From Octopus sinensis (Eukaryota), in contig NC_043006.1 in assembly GCF_006345805.1 (NCBI RefSeq), forward strand, positions 95,046,001-95,110,000: a stretch of 64,000 nucleotides of DNA, given 5' to 3'. This document shows, piece by piece, positions 11,688-25,205 of the stretch (the first letter of the stretch is position 1; the number at the start of each line of letters is the position of its first letter). The notes under the pieces are model-generated. The model was not told the origin of the DNA and made no database searches. It saw only the letters and a program-made list of their open reading frames with translations. The translations under genes and the position numbers were made by a program.

Positions 11688-11762
11688 TTATTCAGGTCAC
11701 TGCCTGGAATCAAACTCAGAATCTTGGAGTGAGTAACCCGCGCTCTTAACCACTACGCCATA
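11446..11762 (-). mobile_element. tRNA head-(AAT)n-hammerhead element (family F4), uninterrupted copy
   Basis: Minus strand: tggcgtagtggttaagagcgcggg...gagtttgattccaggcagtgacctga, (AAT)n, then aacatcgaaaaatacc...gacacCCGATGAaagctg...cagccGAAACGTTgtgtt...tgtacataattcctcttctcttag. Confidence 0.7.
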
Positions 11763-11764
11763 GG

Positions 11765-12145
11765 TGCAGGTGAGGTTGTGTGGTAAGACAATTGCTTCCC
11801 ATCGACTTGGTTCCGAGTTCAGTCCCGATGCGTGGCAACTTGCGCAAATGTTTCCTACTAAAGCCTCGAGCCAGCCAAATCCTTTGTGCTTGGATTTGGT
11901 AGAAGGAAACTGGAGGAAGCCCGTTGTGTGTGTCTAATGTTTCTCTGTGCTTGTCTCTCACACCACTAATTGACAACTGTTGGTGACTTTACGTTCCTGT
12001 AACTTAGCAGTCCGGTAAAAGTGATTGATAAAATAATTACCATGCTTAAAGAAAGAAATACTGGGATCGATTCGTTCAACCAAAATTCTTCGAGGCGGTG
12101 CTCCAGCATGGCTGTAGTTTAATGATTGAAGCAAGTTAATGATAA
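11765..12145 (+). mobile_element. SINE family A, diverged full-length copy
   Basis: ggttgtgtggtaag...gggttccgagttcagtcccg...gatttggtagaaggaaactg...ggcggtgctccagcatggctg. Confidence 0.75.
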
Positions 12146-13740
12146 AAGAAATATGTTGTGTTCTTCTTTGGCCTACACTCAAGAGAATCCTTTACTGCAC
12201 ATACACTTTACCAAGCATTCAGTGAAATTAGTGAAGACAGCACCATTCTTTCCTCACTAATTTGTCTTGAAGGAATCGATAGAGATAGACTAAAAAGAAA
12301 TGCGCCTCTCTTTAGCGCTTTGAGTTTTATCCACCAAATAACTTGCTGTCAAATGGTGACAGCCACGATTTAGATTATATCTGCAATGTTGTCTGTATAA
12401 ATGACGCTAATTAATGCCTACAATATTTCAGAGAAAGGCATCGTTCTTGATTGAAATTTTGTGTACCACAAGCTGCATTCACTAACAAACAGAGACCTGT
12501 TAACCCCTGACAATGGACCAGACGTCAGGCATCAAAATTTTCAGCTCATTTGATTCAAGTCAGGAGTCCTGTTAATGACAAGAGTCTTACGTAATCGTGT
12601 CTCGCGGTCGGTGATCACACCTTCTTACCGACCGTTCAGTCTGTAGATATTTCAGGCTGAAGGCGTACCTGAGCACCATCAACCACAGAATATCTGCGCC
12701 TGTTGTAATTAGATTAACACGAATTACATGAGGTGGAGAGGGAGGGATGGGGAAGAGAAGGAGGGGGATAGGAGGAGGAGGAGAAGTTATAGGGATGGAT
12801 AAGGAGATGGAGAGATGAGGAGTAAAGGGAGAGTTGAGGAGGTGGAGGGGGAGATGGAGGGATGATGATGATGAGGAGGAGGAGGAGAAGGAGGAGATAA
12901 ATGAGAAAGAGTAGGAAGAAGAGAAGGAAGATGGGGATGAAGAGGAGGGAGGAAGAAGGAGGAAGTGAGTGCGGAGGAAGAAGGAAGAAAAGAAGGGGAA
13001 GGAGGAAGAGAAGGAAGATGGAGAAGGAGGAGCTGTGGGAAAAGGAAGAATTCTTTCAAACTCTCACCAAAAGTTACGTCAGTTATTGAAGTGTTGGTGG
13101 TGGTGGTCAGGGTAATGGCGGTGGTGGTGGGGGACAGAGGGTGGCGGAGTTCGCGTCGGTGATGGCAGTAACAAGTTTTTCAACAGATTCAAATGATACT
13201 TTACCAGACTGTGATGATGGTAGTAGCGGTTGTAGTAGTGAAGGTAGTATTATTGATTGGTGGTATTCGGTGTAGCATTTTGATCGGTGGCGGTGCTGGT
13301 AGTAGTAGTGGTAGTAGTGGAAAAGTGGTACTACTTTCTTTTGGTGTTGCATGTTGACGATGGAGGTCAGTTCAATAAAAATATCGATTCGATTTGGGGC
13401 TAACGTTTGAATTAATTTTGGATTGGGTTTAACGCGTGTACGTTTATTGATCTGTTAAAACTATAGAAGCATTCACAGCAACGCCAGGAATAAGAGACCA
13501 GAAACAACAACAACAACAACAGCAATAAAAAGAGCGACAACAGAAACAGGAAAAAATTGTAGAACCAACCACGAAAGCGACAATAAACAGGACATATCAT
13601 ATCATATATATATATATGTGTGTGTGTGTGGTGTGTGTGTGTGTGTGTGTATGTGTGTGTGTGTGTTTGTGTGTGCGAGTGTGTGGATGTGTATGTGCAT
13701 GCGTGTGTGTGTATATATATACACACATATATTATATATA

Positions 13741-13834
<94 letters not shown>

Positions 13835-14065
13835 TATATATAAATATATGTGTATATATATACACATTATTTTTTTCTAAAAACGAAAGTTAAAAAACGA
13901 AACTCATCAAAAAATGATGAATTTGTAAAGCGATTAACTGAACGCTATTAATATTGTTTAAAAAGACGTTCTATGATATAACGTCAGAAGTAGCTTACAG
14001 AAAGAGTAGGGATATTAATAGTGAATGTTAAATATAAAGGAAATTAAAGTTTAAATTATATATAA

Positions 14066-15528
14066 CTAGCAGCATAGCCCGGCGTTGCCCGGGTATGTAA
14101 GAGCCCCTAGTAGGCAACGACTAATCCCAATCTAGTCCCTTTCCTCTATGGAACGAAGGCGCATGTGTAGGTTACAATGTCTTCTCTTCACTCGAATACT
14201 TCTATGTATACGATGTTCCTAGCTGTCCCTTTGGGCGAAGACATGAAAACATCATTGCGCCTCCCAACGCGTGAACAGCCCACGTAGAGTTGACCGTGGG
14301 CGAAGCACTGTTCGCCCAAATGTAACCCAGCGACTTTTAGCGTTTGGCCTTGGGATTTATTGATGGACATTGCGAAGCAGAGTTTAACAGGAAACTGAGC
14401 ACGCCTGAAGTGGATTGGTAGGTCAGCGCCCGACGGTTGAAGGTGCATGCGTGGAATGAAGACGTCCTCTCCCTTCCCACAACCGGTAAGTATTGTGGCC
14501 GTTATTAAATGTGGTGCCAAATGTTTCACAACCAGACGTGTGCCGTTACACTGTTTAGGTGGAACCAAATTCCTGATGAGCATAATGGGCGCACCGACTT
14601 TTAACTTCAGGATGTGTGGCGGCAGGACTGGTGGTTCAAGTGAATTCAGGAATTCAACAGGATAATCGGCAAGCTCGACGGGGTCTGCTGTCCTATCTAT
14701 AGATTTGTAGACGTGGACATCACCAGGAATAGCTTCAAGTAGCTGTATATTGATGAAGTTGACGGTTGTATTTTTGGGTTCGAGAATAGCTCTGCCTGCC
14801 AGCCATTTTAGGTCGCGTAAATTGTTTTGTAGGTCGTGGAAGACAGCGTCCCGCAGGCTAGCAGGGGTGTCGACAGTGGTGCAAAGAGAGTTAAAAAGGT
14901 CGAGTTGCTTCCCCTAGACAGTCTGTGGTTTTTGTTTAATACACAAATCGGTTTGCTATGTGTGCCACATATGATTGAATTAACCGATTTTTTCCAGTAA
15001 TAAAGTATCCTATTGGAATAAAAAGGGCCATATAGCTCCTTGGAGCAGACATGATGCTCGCTGTGAATTAAAAAAAAAATTCCTGCCAATTTGTGAAAGA
15101 TATTGTCGAAAATATGTCATCTTGAATTTGAACGCGATTTCCCAAAATGGCATGATTTTATCGATTTTTTCTGATGGTAAGGTATTGCATGGAAAACTAA
15201 CGTCAGAATTAAGTTTCTTAGGGTAACATTAAGCTTCACCATGAGTTTGGTGAAAATCGATTGCAAGTTGCGAAAACTAGAACAGAAAATGAGTTGCATA
15301 TAAAAAGCTTAGATTCTCGACCCCATGTCGAATTTATCGATCTTCTTCAGAACTGGGGGAACTTTTCAAAGTTTTCGCTGCGTTAGTTTTGAATTATGAC
15401 ATTGGGCTATGTGTGTGTCAAGTTTCATCAGAATCGGTTAAAAGCTGTGGTCAGGGTGAGGGTACAACCTGACAGACACACAGACACACAGACACACAGA
15501 CAGACAAACTGCCGTTTATATAGAGAGA
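14066..15528 (-). mobile_element. Internally deleted Helitron (1463 bp) with both termini
   Basis: 5' A|TCTCTCTATATAAACGGCAG(tctg)n at 15528. 3' hairpin cccgggcaacgccggg followed by CTAG|T at 14066. No TSD. Confidence 0.92.
14188..14913 (-). pseudogene. Helitron RepHel C-terminal PIF1-like helicase fragment (~241 stop-free codons; first in-frame ATG at 14583)
   Basis: RAILEPKN...EFLNSLEPPVLPPHILKLKVGAPIMLIRNL...CNGTRL...QFPVKLCFAMSINKSQGQTL...HGQLYVGCSRV, typical Helitron/PIF1 helicase motifs. Confidence 0.92.
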
Positions 15529-15539
15529 TATGATAGAGA

Positions 15540-16600
15540 CTACTTATATGCACTAAAGGTGTGTTTTTGCCAATGTTTACATCTGTATGCTCGCTCTATA
15601 ACCGTGTTTACTAGGGGATTTTTAGAATAAATAATGAAAAGTAGCTCAGAATTACAGAGAAGACAGAACTCCTTGCCTTTGTCATAAGGTATCGAGATTG
15701 AGAGAATCAACCATTCTAAATGAAATTGTTCATTGTGGTCTTTTAGATCCCAAATTAATTTGCTGAGACCGGTACTATTACGCTTATTTCTATCTCTAAA
15801 TGTTGAGTAATGGATAGAAATTCCTTTAGATAGCTCTAACGATGTGTTTCCAATGTAAAATCGTACTTTATTACGAGTACTGATTATACACTGGTATATA
15901 GAACTTTTAATCTTAGTGTTACTTGACATAAACTTAATTCTATTGGAATTGACTTCAGATACAATGACCTTGTTCTTAATATCTCTAGAGGGCTGGATAG
16001 TATTAGCTAAATTAATGTTAGTATTAGTAAATGTATTAATATTTAACAGTTTGTTATTATGTGAAACGATGATTTGTAATAGATTTTTTGTGTTGGAAAA
16101 ACCGATCCTAATCGTATGTGAATTGATAATAGAGTAATACCTAGAATTTTTTGGAAAATTCTTAACAATAGCTTGACGAAACAGCAGTGGGAGGTTAGAT
16201 TTAATTTGTCTCTCGTACGGAATTATTAACCAAATATTTTTACTAGTATTTATAGTGTAATTATTTTGAAAGTGTTATATTTGCTTTTAGAACGATAATA
16301 GGGGATTAAATAAGGGTTATCTCCCTTTAATCGCTTTGTATCGGTGCATAAGTTATGTTTGTTATCAATAATTCTTTTACGACTAGAATCTTATCTACAT
16401 TATAGAATTTAAAATTAGACTGAGTTGAATCAATGTAGAAAATTTTCTCGGTATAACATGCTTTAATTAAGGCAGAGTTATAAAATTCAGTGTTATCATT
16501 GAAAGTATCAACATTAGCAGATAATTTAGATAATCTAAATGAAATATTCTTAACTAAGTAAAAATATTTGATTTATAGCTGCGTTAAACTCCATTTATTT
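15540..16600 (-). mobile_element. Penelope-like element 3' part: RT thumb/linker plus GIY-YIG endonuclease (stop-free frame ~16274-15540)
   Basis: ISFRLSKLSAN...YNSAL; KNIWLIIPY...SHNNKLL; IYQCII...FYIGNT...STGLSKLIWDLK...CLLCNSE...RCKH. Confidence 0.88.
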
Positions 16601-16610
16601 ATTCATATAC

Positions 16611-16642
<32 letters not shown>

Positions 16643-17007
16643 ATATACGTATATTTATATATATATGTGTGTGTTTGTATTTAAATACAGCTTTGTTGTT
16701 CTTTTACACTTGTTTCTATCCCTTGTACTTATTATACACCTCTCGTTTTGCCAGATGGCTAAATTACTGGGACGTAAACAAGCAATCAGCGGCTGTTAAA
16801 ATGGGATGGATGGCAAACAGAAAGTAACACACACACGCATAAACACTCATATGTGTGTGTGTGTGGTGTGTGTGTGTGTGTATACGGTGGAGGTCTTTCA
16901 GCCTGATTTTGTCAATCAAATCCACCTACAAGGTGTAGTCATCCCAGGGTAGCAGTAGATAATACCTGCCAAAGATACTATCCAGTTGGACAGAGGCCGA
17001 AACCATT

Positions 17008-17210
17008 CAAGCGGTGCTGAAAGTTTCCTGTCTTTAAGGTTATTGCGAAAGGTGTAATTGGAGGCCCAAACTTCCGAATTCTTTTACAGGGCTGAAAAGA
17101 ACTGAAGGACTGATGCAATAAGTGTGTGAATCTGAGAACGGTGTATGATGAATAAAATTATAATAAACTGATCCTCCTGCATTTTATTTTAACCCAAATC
17201 AGGAACTCTG
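17008..17210 (+). mobile_element. Decayed mariner-derived MITE
   Basis: gtgctgaaagtttcctg...caggaactc terminal inverted remnants. Interior reads like a mariner C-terminus (NKCVNLR..Y.E*). Confidence 0.6.
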
Positions 17211-19116
17211 TTGTATGCTTTGGAGGTCGTTCTCTTATTACACATCCCCGCCTGCGCCTGCATTTAACTAAATGTTTATACATATTGCTTCTCATCTGTT
17301 GTTGTTTAGCTCAAAGTTACCTCAGCAAGATGAACAAAGACTTTCTAGTTATAACCAATGTCTTTTATGTAGGACAACATTTCTCAGGCAAAACATATTC
17401 GAATCTGCGATTTTAATAGGATGTCATTGTTCTTTTTAGCAGCTGAGGTGAGCCCGTACCGATGGATATTTAAACAGCATTTGTATGTGCACGCTGTTTT
17501 TAGTTCTGACAGAATGACACCAATGCTCACATTGCATTCCGTACATTGTCATCGTAGGAGCAAAACCTACTGAAAAAAGAGCATATACACCCATTACCCG
17601 ATTGTCATCTTCGATTTCTGTGTTTGTTCACAACTTACGTCGCTGATAACTAACATCGTAACGAAAATTAGGGCTGGTTATTAATCTATATATAATATCT
17701 GTAGTACAGCCTTAACAAGTGCTGTAATAGCACTGCTAACACAGTAGATTATAGTATCGACTTATAAAAGCGTTTAATATACTTTATAGCATATTATGAT
17801 TGTCATTAACAAATTCTATTATTTTTGTTTCTTTTCTCCCATCCACCGTATCTAGGATCACATCGCATGTGTCCATATCGTGACTACTGTAGGATATTAT
17901 TTTAGAGAGATTTAGCTGTTACTTCTTGCAGGTTGTCTACGAGTTAGCTGTATTGAATGGTTAACGCTATAGCGTAGACAAGAACTGGAATGTCTCTAAT
18001 TCAGTTTCGATTCTCAGTTGATCTATCTGCTATTAGTGTTTCAATCCTTCTGAAAAAACCTGTGTATCTCATATTTTTTGTCTCCCGTTTGATTCACATT
18101 TGGTTTCCTCTTTACATGATTTCGTGTCAATATGGTCGAAAATATATCTTTATCATATGGTAAGCCAGACCTTTTTCAGAGATTCCTAGCTGAGAACTGT
18201 GAGAGCTGTGAAACACATCTCTTTTGCAGCCGCTGAAGAAGATTGCACTCTTGTTGACATTAAAACTTTCTCCCTTTCCAGTTTTCAATCGTGTTGGTCA
18301 GGAAACGATTCCCTTTCTAGCACTTTCTTTAGTATATCATGGAGTAGAAATTTCTATTTTGTATTCTGTTTTATTTGTTCATATATTTTTACTGATTTAT
18401 AAAATGCTTTTTTTCTTTCCTTTTCAATAAGTTCCCAATTGTAATTTCATCATATATAATAATAGTGAGAAACTTAACTTTAGTTATTTCATCCACCTTC
18501 CCGTATTATACTAATAATTTTCAGTTCGTTTGCTTCAAACTATTTTCCAGACTCAATGAATTTAATTTAAAAGAACACTACATTTGCATCAAACACAGCC
18601 TTCTCTCAGCAGTGGTGATAGATATATTTTACAGATATATCTTATGTATATCGGCTTTATGATTGCCGTACCTCAACGCTTTCAATAGTTTCCAAACTTT
18701 CCTGTCTAATCTCTGCAGTTCACTTTAAATTTATTACGTCGGTGCTGAAGATAATTATTGGGATGGCTAGTTTGTATCCTACTTTAATTCCCTGATTTCA
18801 GTGTTTGGATCTAATTTAATGATCTCGGTTTTAATTAATTTATCTATTCTTAGAGTAGATTTGGTGCATTTGTAAGTTATTATTACTAAAGCCAATGGAA
18901 AGCAAACGCGATAGATAATAACTGAAAAGACCTTCTACTATTTAATTACGCTATTTTATATTTTGAGCTCAAACCTTGCTGTAGTTGACTTTACCTTTCA
19001 TCAGTCACTGATAGTTAAAAGTATCTGCAGCATTCGCTTTCCACTTGTATTGACCGGCCAATAAGCCTAAATTGATGACTATTTGCTAATGTTTGAAATC
19101 CTCAGCATCATTACGG

Positions 19117-19782
19117 TGGCGGCAAACTGGCAGAGTCGTAAAGACGTCCAACAAAACGATTAGCTGCATTTTGTCTGTCTTAACTCTCACTATTTACAGT
19201 TCAAATTCTGCCGCGGTTTACTCAGCCTTTTATCATTTCAGCGTTGATAGAATAAGTACCAGTTGAGTAATGAGGTCAATGTCATCAACTTGGTCCCTCC
19301 TTCGAAATTCCAGGCCTTGTACCAAAATATGAAATCATTATATTAAGGCGGCGAGATGCTGGAATCGTTGGCACACCGGATGAAATGCATAGCGGTGGGT
19401 CATCCGTCTTTAGATAGTGAGTAAAAATTTCGTTGAGGTCGACTTTTCCTTTCGTGTTTTCAAGTACCAGTTGATTATTGGGGTCGCGACAATCGACTAC
19501 ACTCCTCCCCCACAAAAGCAATCGTTGTTGATATTGTTCGTATTATATTATATTGTATGAAGGAACAAGGCGGCCAGCTGGCAGAATCGTTAGCACACCG
19601 GACGCGTCTGCCGCTAGGTTTTGAGTTCAAATTCCGCCGAGGTCAACTTTGCTTTTTATCCTTTCAGAATAAATAAATTAAGCGGCAGGTGATCACTGGA
19701 GTCAATGTAATCGACTTACGGGAGAGAGGACAATGTAATGACCTCTCCCCCGTAATTGCCGGCCTTGTGCCAAAAATTGAAA
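19117..19782 (+). mobile_element. Cluster of three decayed family C SINE copies
   Basis: Heads ggtggcggcaaactggcag (~19117), ggcggcgagatgctgg (~19348) and ggcggccagctggcag (~19569), each followed by the ttcaaatt/gtcgac/agtaccag body. Confidence 0.7.
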
Positions 19783-20269
19783 CCATTGTTGGTATTATAT
19801 TTTTCTTCTTGTAATTGTGTACTATTTCTTTTTCTTTTTTTATTTTCGGTATTACTTTAGTCCCCTCGTTGTTGTTGCTGCATGTGTTGTCTGCTTCTGT
19901 TTCGCCATAAGTTTTTTTTCCCCGATTTCATTGTTTTTATTGATAATAACGTTTTCGTGTCTCTTTTCGTTGTTTCTTTCTTTCTTTTTTCCATTCTTTT
20001 TATTGATTTTCTATCGATTTTCTAATTGCCACCGATATTATACAATTCATTATGGTTTGGTATAGTTCTTGTTGTTGTTCTTCTTAATATTGTTGTTGTT
20101 TCTATATTTGTACTTGTTGATATTATCTATTTTAATACGATTCATGCTTCTTTCATTCACAAAAAAAATACATTTGCTTTTATTTTATTTTATAGTTTTT
20201 ATTTTTTTATTTTTGCTTACAATATTTTTACAGTTGTTTTCATCAATTGTTTTTCAATATTGATTAGGG

Positions 20270-20770
<501 letters not shown>

Positions 20771-21317
20771 TTCTTTTGATAATTGTCAACAACAATTGCT
20801 TTTATTATAGCCTCTGACCAAAATGCATAACATGTACAAACAAACAAAAAAAAAATCTATGAATGTTTTTAGAGCGAAGAGAAGAAGAATTCGAAGACGA
20901 AAAAGAAAAAAAAGAAGAAAAAGAAAAGGAATAAAGACGAAAAAGTAAGAGAACAACAACAACAGCAGCATGAAAATCAATGACAACCTAAAGAACAATA
21001 GGAACGTTATCAACAAGAGAAAATATGGACGATAACTATTTTTATATTGCAGACAAATGCCAAGGATTCCGTAAATAGGAATTGGAAAAATAACGGCAGC
21101 ATATTGAATCGTTATCGTTATCAATCGTCGCCGTCACCGTCATCATCATCATCATCATCATCATCGCCGTCGTTGTCATAGTGGTGGTGTTAGTTGTCAT
21201 CGTCTACATTGTCATCATCTTGAACATCAGTGTTAAAGTCATCATCATCATCATCATCAGTAATAAAAGTGGCAGTAACATCATCATTGTCATCGCCATC
21301 GTCGTTATCTTCTACTC

Positions 21318-21542
21318 ACCTGTTTCAATTATTAGACTGCGGCCATGCTGGGGCACCACATTGGAGAAGTTTAGTCGAATAGATCGACCCCAGTGCTTAT
21401 TATTATGTTTTGTAAAACCTGGGACTTGCTCTCTTGGTCTTTGGCCGAACCGCTGAACTACAGGGACGTAAACACACCAGCATCGGTTGTCAAGCAATGG
21501 TGGGGGGACAAAGACAGACACACAAACATACATACATTCACA

Positions 21543-21622
<80 letters not shown>

Positions 21623-21781
21623 CACGATTTGCTTCTTTGAGTTTCCGTCTACCAAATCCACTCACAAGTCTTTCGTCGGCCCGAGGCTATAGTAGAAGAC
21701 ACTTGCCCAAGGTGCTACGAAGTGGGACTGAAACCAGAACTATGCGGTTGGTGGGCAAGCTACTTATCACACAGCCACTCC
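21318..21781 (-). mobile_element. SINE family A, full length with internal (CA)n(TA)n
   Basis: Reverse complement of ggagtggctgtgtgataagtagcttgcc...ggtttcagtcccac...gatttggtagacggaaac...(TA)(TG)...gcggttcggc...gcatggccgcagtc. Confidence 0.85.
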
Positions 21782-23216
21782 TGTACTGTACTCTACTGAC
21801 ATTTCCCCAGTATGTGATATAACATTCATAACTTAGGGTAGCCTTTAAATCTGTTGGAAAAGTACTGCTGAACATATCCCGTAGGTACTTCAATGGTTCC
21901 TAATTCTTTCGAGGTCGAAGGTTTCAAAGCTAAAATTGACTTTGGTGGGATTTGAACCCGTAACGTAAAGAACGAGAAGAATTATCGCCATGCGGTGTTT
22001 CTTCTCATTCTGTCTCTTTACATTGTTCTACATTTTCGGGACGCTCTACAGACCTTGCCTTATCAAACTTCAGCATAATGTATGTGTGTGTGAGTGTGTG
22101 TGTGTAATATATGTGAACACACACACATATATACGCACAAGCCTATATTTAGTTCGTTATAGTTCGTTAGTCTGATGCAGGCGAATAAGTCGAATCTTCA
22201 AAGTCACTGTGAAGTTTCTCCTTCTATAACATGCACTTTAGCAAGAAATTAGAGTGTAATTCCTTCAGTATAAAGTTAAATTCTTTTTGTATATTACTTG
22301 ATATAAATAAACAATATTCAATATGAATGCATGTGCGTATCTGTGTGTGTGTGTGTGTGTGTATCTGCATATTTATAAGAATATATATAAGAATGCAAGC
22401 ATATACGGAAACAAGGGAAAGAGACCGTTTTAAGTGAGGTGAGAGCACTAAAATACATTATCGTTATGCAATCATTTAATTAAATTTTCCTTTTCCGTTT
22501 TTGCTATTTCGATCTGTTCTGGGCTTCTCCAATATCGAGCGAATAAGGTCCCGTTTGTCTATTATTTACAATATACAGGGTTAGCGAATGTAAAAAATGA
22601 AAGCATTTCACTAAAAGAAAAATATTTCCTTTACATTGATCGCATTTCGTTTGTTGTATAGCAGATAGTGGAAGAAAGAAACAGGCAGAGAGAAATTTAC
22701 ATACCGATTGAGATATTGCTAAGAACAATCTCAGCGACGTTTCTGTCATACGTAAATGACTAATGCAGATGTTTCTGCCGCTATTTCGTTGGATGTTCTC
22801 TGTTGTCGGGAGTAATAGTTTAACTTCAGCGATTCCTATTCACGTTTTTATACACACACTCCTTTGTACATATGTGGCCAGCGATATACTCATTCCTATG
22901 CACTCATGACCTGTGTCATGCAAATTAGGATTTTCCAGCCATCGCTTCGAATTGTTTGTATCAATGGAAGCTCTATCATGATTCCATACACATTTCTTTT
23001 CCATAGACAGAGGAAGAAACATCTCGAAAAATCATGTTTCGTTGTTTTGTGTAGATATTTAATTGAATTTCTCTTCCTGTTTCTGAAAACTTTGAAATCG
23101 TCAACATTGGCATACTGCTATTATTTCGATGTTGTTGGATTTCTTCAGTGTCTCTTAATTATATGACTTAATAAAATCCCTTAATTTACAGAAGAAGGAA
23201 TTATACTCATTATTAG

Positions 23217-23285
<69 letters not shown>

Positions 23286-23550
23286 TATATATATTTATAT
23301 TTTATGTCTTGATGGAGTATCTTTTAACCGAGAGCTTCATTATAATATTCATGCTTTCATACGCAATATCTTTAAATGTTGATCCCATTATATAAAAAAG
23401 CCATGCTACCATTTTCCAGTAAAAGTAAAATGTAAAAGATATAGCATAATCTTAATTATAAACAATCGTGTGTGTTTGTAAATTGTAAATACATACATAC
23501 GTTACATACACACATGTAATATATAGTTATACACATATATACATATATAT

Positions 23551-23740
23551 GTGACCGCGTGTGTATCGTTGGTGATTTTTATTCCTCCGTCTTTGGATCT
23601 TTCCTTTTTCTATATTTCTGACGAAGAGCTCCGCTCGAAACGTTAAATCCTCCTTCTTTCTTTCCTTTCCTGAGCGTCCAATAACACTATACTAGTTCCA
23701 CGTCCTCGCGTTGTTGTGTTTTCTCTTCATACTTGGATTA
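23551..23740 (+). mobile_element. Hammerhead-bearing ~200-bp element (family F2), copy 2
   Basis: ATTT-CTGACGA-A-GAGC-TCC-GCTC-GAAAC-GT-T-AAAT at 23614-23648. Same 5' start (gtgaccgcgtgtgta) as the 2663 copy. Confidence 0.75.
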
Positions 23741-25173
23741 GTAGTAACCACATCACACTTGTATATCAGAATGCAGGTAAAACACTATCATTGAAGAGAC
23801 ATCTTGGTCTCGTAGTTCTTGCCCTGGTAGCTCCAACACATCATGTTGGTGAGCAAATATCACAAATCTATTATTTACTTAGTAAATGGCACATGTGGTT
23901 CTTCTGCTGAGATGAAGTAGAAATTATGTAGAGAATGACATGAAATATGACAGAGGGAAATTACATTTATAACAGGCGCATATTTAATGCTTGCATAAAA
24001 TTGGCGAAAATCTGGATAATAGCTAGAGGGAAAAACAAAATCCGGTTATTCTCGATTTCACTCGCTCTAATGCCGTACGATGAGGACGGAAGCCGAGAAA
24101 TGAACTAACAGAACAAAAGTTTGACTGGAGACAATAGTAATTCCAGGCAAGACATCTTGGGTCAATCAGGAGAAAATGAACTTCTAGAAAAAATAGTAGG
24201 AATATGTTGACGATTGTAAAATAAAAAATGATGATAAAGATAATGAATGAATTAGAGAAAAGGCAAAGAAAAGTTTCTATGAGCACATTAAGAAGTGGTT
24301 ATCCATACAGAGAGAGAGAATATCACTGCTATCCATAAGGAGAAGTCTGAACTAGAAAATGGCGACATTTTCTACTGAGAAATCGAATGTGAGCCTTGCT
24401 CGAGAAAGAGGAATTGAAACACGTAACAAACGTCCGATAATTAACAAAAACTACAAAAAAACGCTTTATTGGAGTCAGCGTCTGAGGTAACATTGAATTA
24501 TACTTGTGCTACCATTCACGGTGTTGTGAACTGAACCAAAAACATGCAAAAGCAATTTTAAAGCACCCAGGCTTTTGAAAGTGATCAGAACAAGACGGAC
24601 TCTGCATTCTGACAAAAACCTGATCCTCCGAAAGGGAAGATTTCTAACTTTATTATTAGCTGGTGGCCCTTAAATTTCATATATTTGTTTTAAGGCTGTA
24701 CCAATTCTTAAGAAGTTTTAAGATGTATCATGTATTTGCTACGCCCCGATTATATAAACGCATAATGTAGTTGAAAAATAATGTGAGAGAGAGAGAGAGA
24801 TAGAAATTAAGAGGGAGTTTTTTTAAGTATAGTTGTGTGTATTTATACACTCAAACGTATATGAATGAATGAGAGCCTGTTTATGATCATAAGTTTTGTA
24901 AACCCTTTTCTGTGGCGTTTGTATTGTATGTAATGGCTTAGAGAAACTAATTTGCTGTAGTTGTTGTTGCTGTTGTTGCAATTGGTGTTGTTATTATTGT
25001 TAAATCTTTACTTTAAGTTAGAAATCATTACCATGCCAAATAAATAAACAAAAAATAAATAATGAATACAAAAATACAAAAATATTTAGAATAATAATAA
25101 AATAACTCCTATAGCTATATATATTAAGTCTGATACTACAACTACTGAGGTTGACTGTGATGATGATGATAAC

Positions 25174-25205
<32 letters not shown>

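Noticed and set aside
11692-11762. Functional tRNA gene
   Set aside because: No acceptor-stem closure, and it is linked to (AAT)n and a repeat module in several copies, so it is treated as a SINE head.
12720-13050. Purine-rich (GGA/GAA) tract with Arg/Lys/Glu-rich or Pro/Ser-rich ORFs
   Set aside because: Low-complexity simple repeat.
17425-17460. ttctttttagCAGCTGAGgtgagc as a micro-exon
   Set aside because: Splice-like motifs arise by chance, and no partner exons or reading-frame evidence exist.
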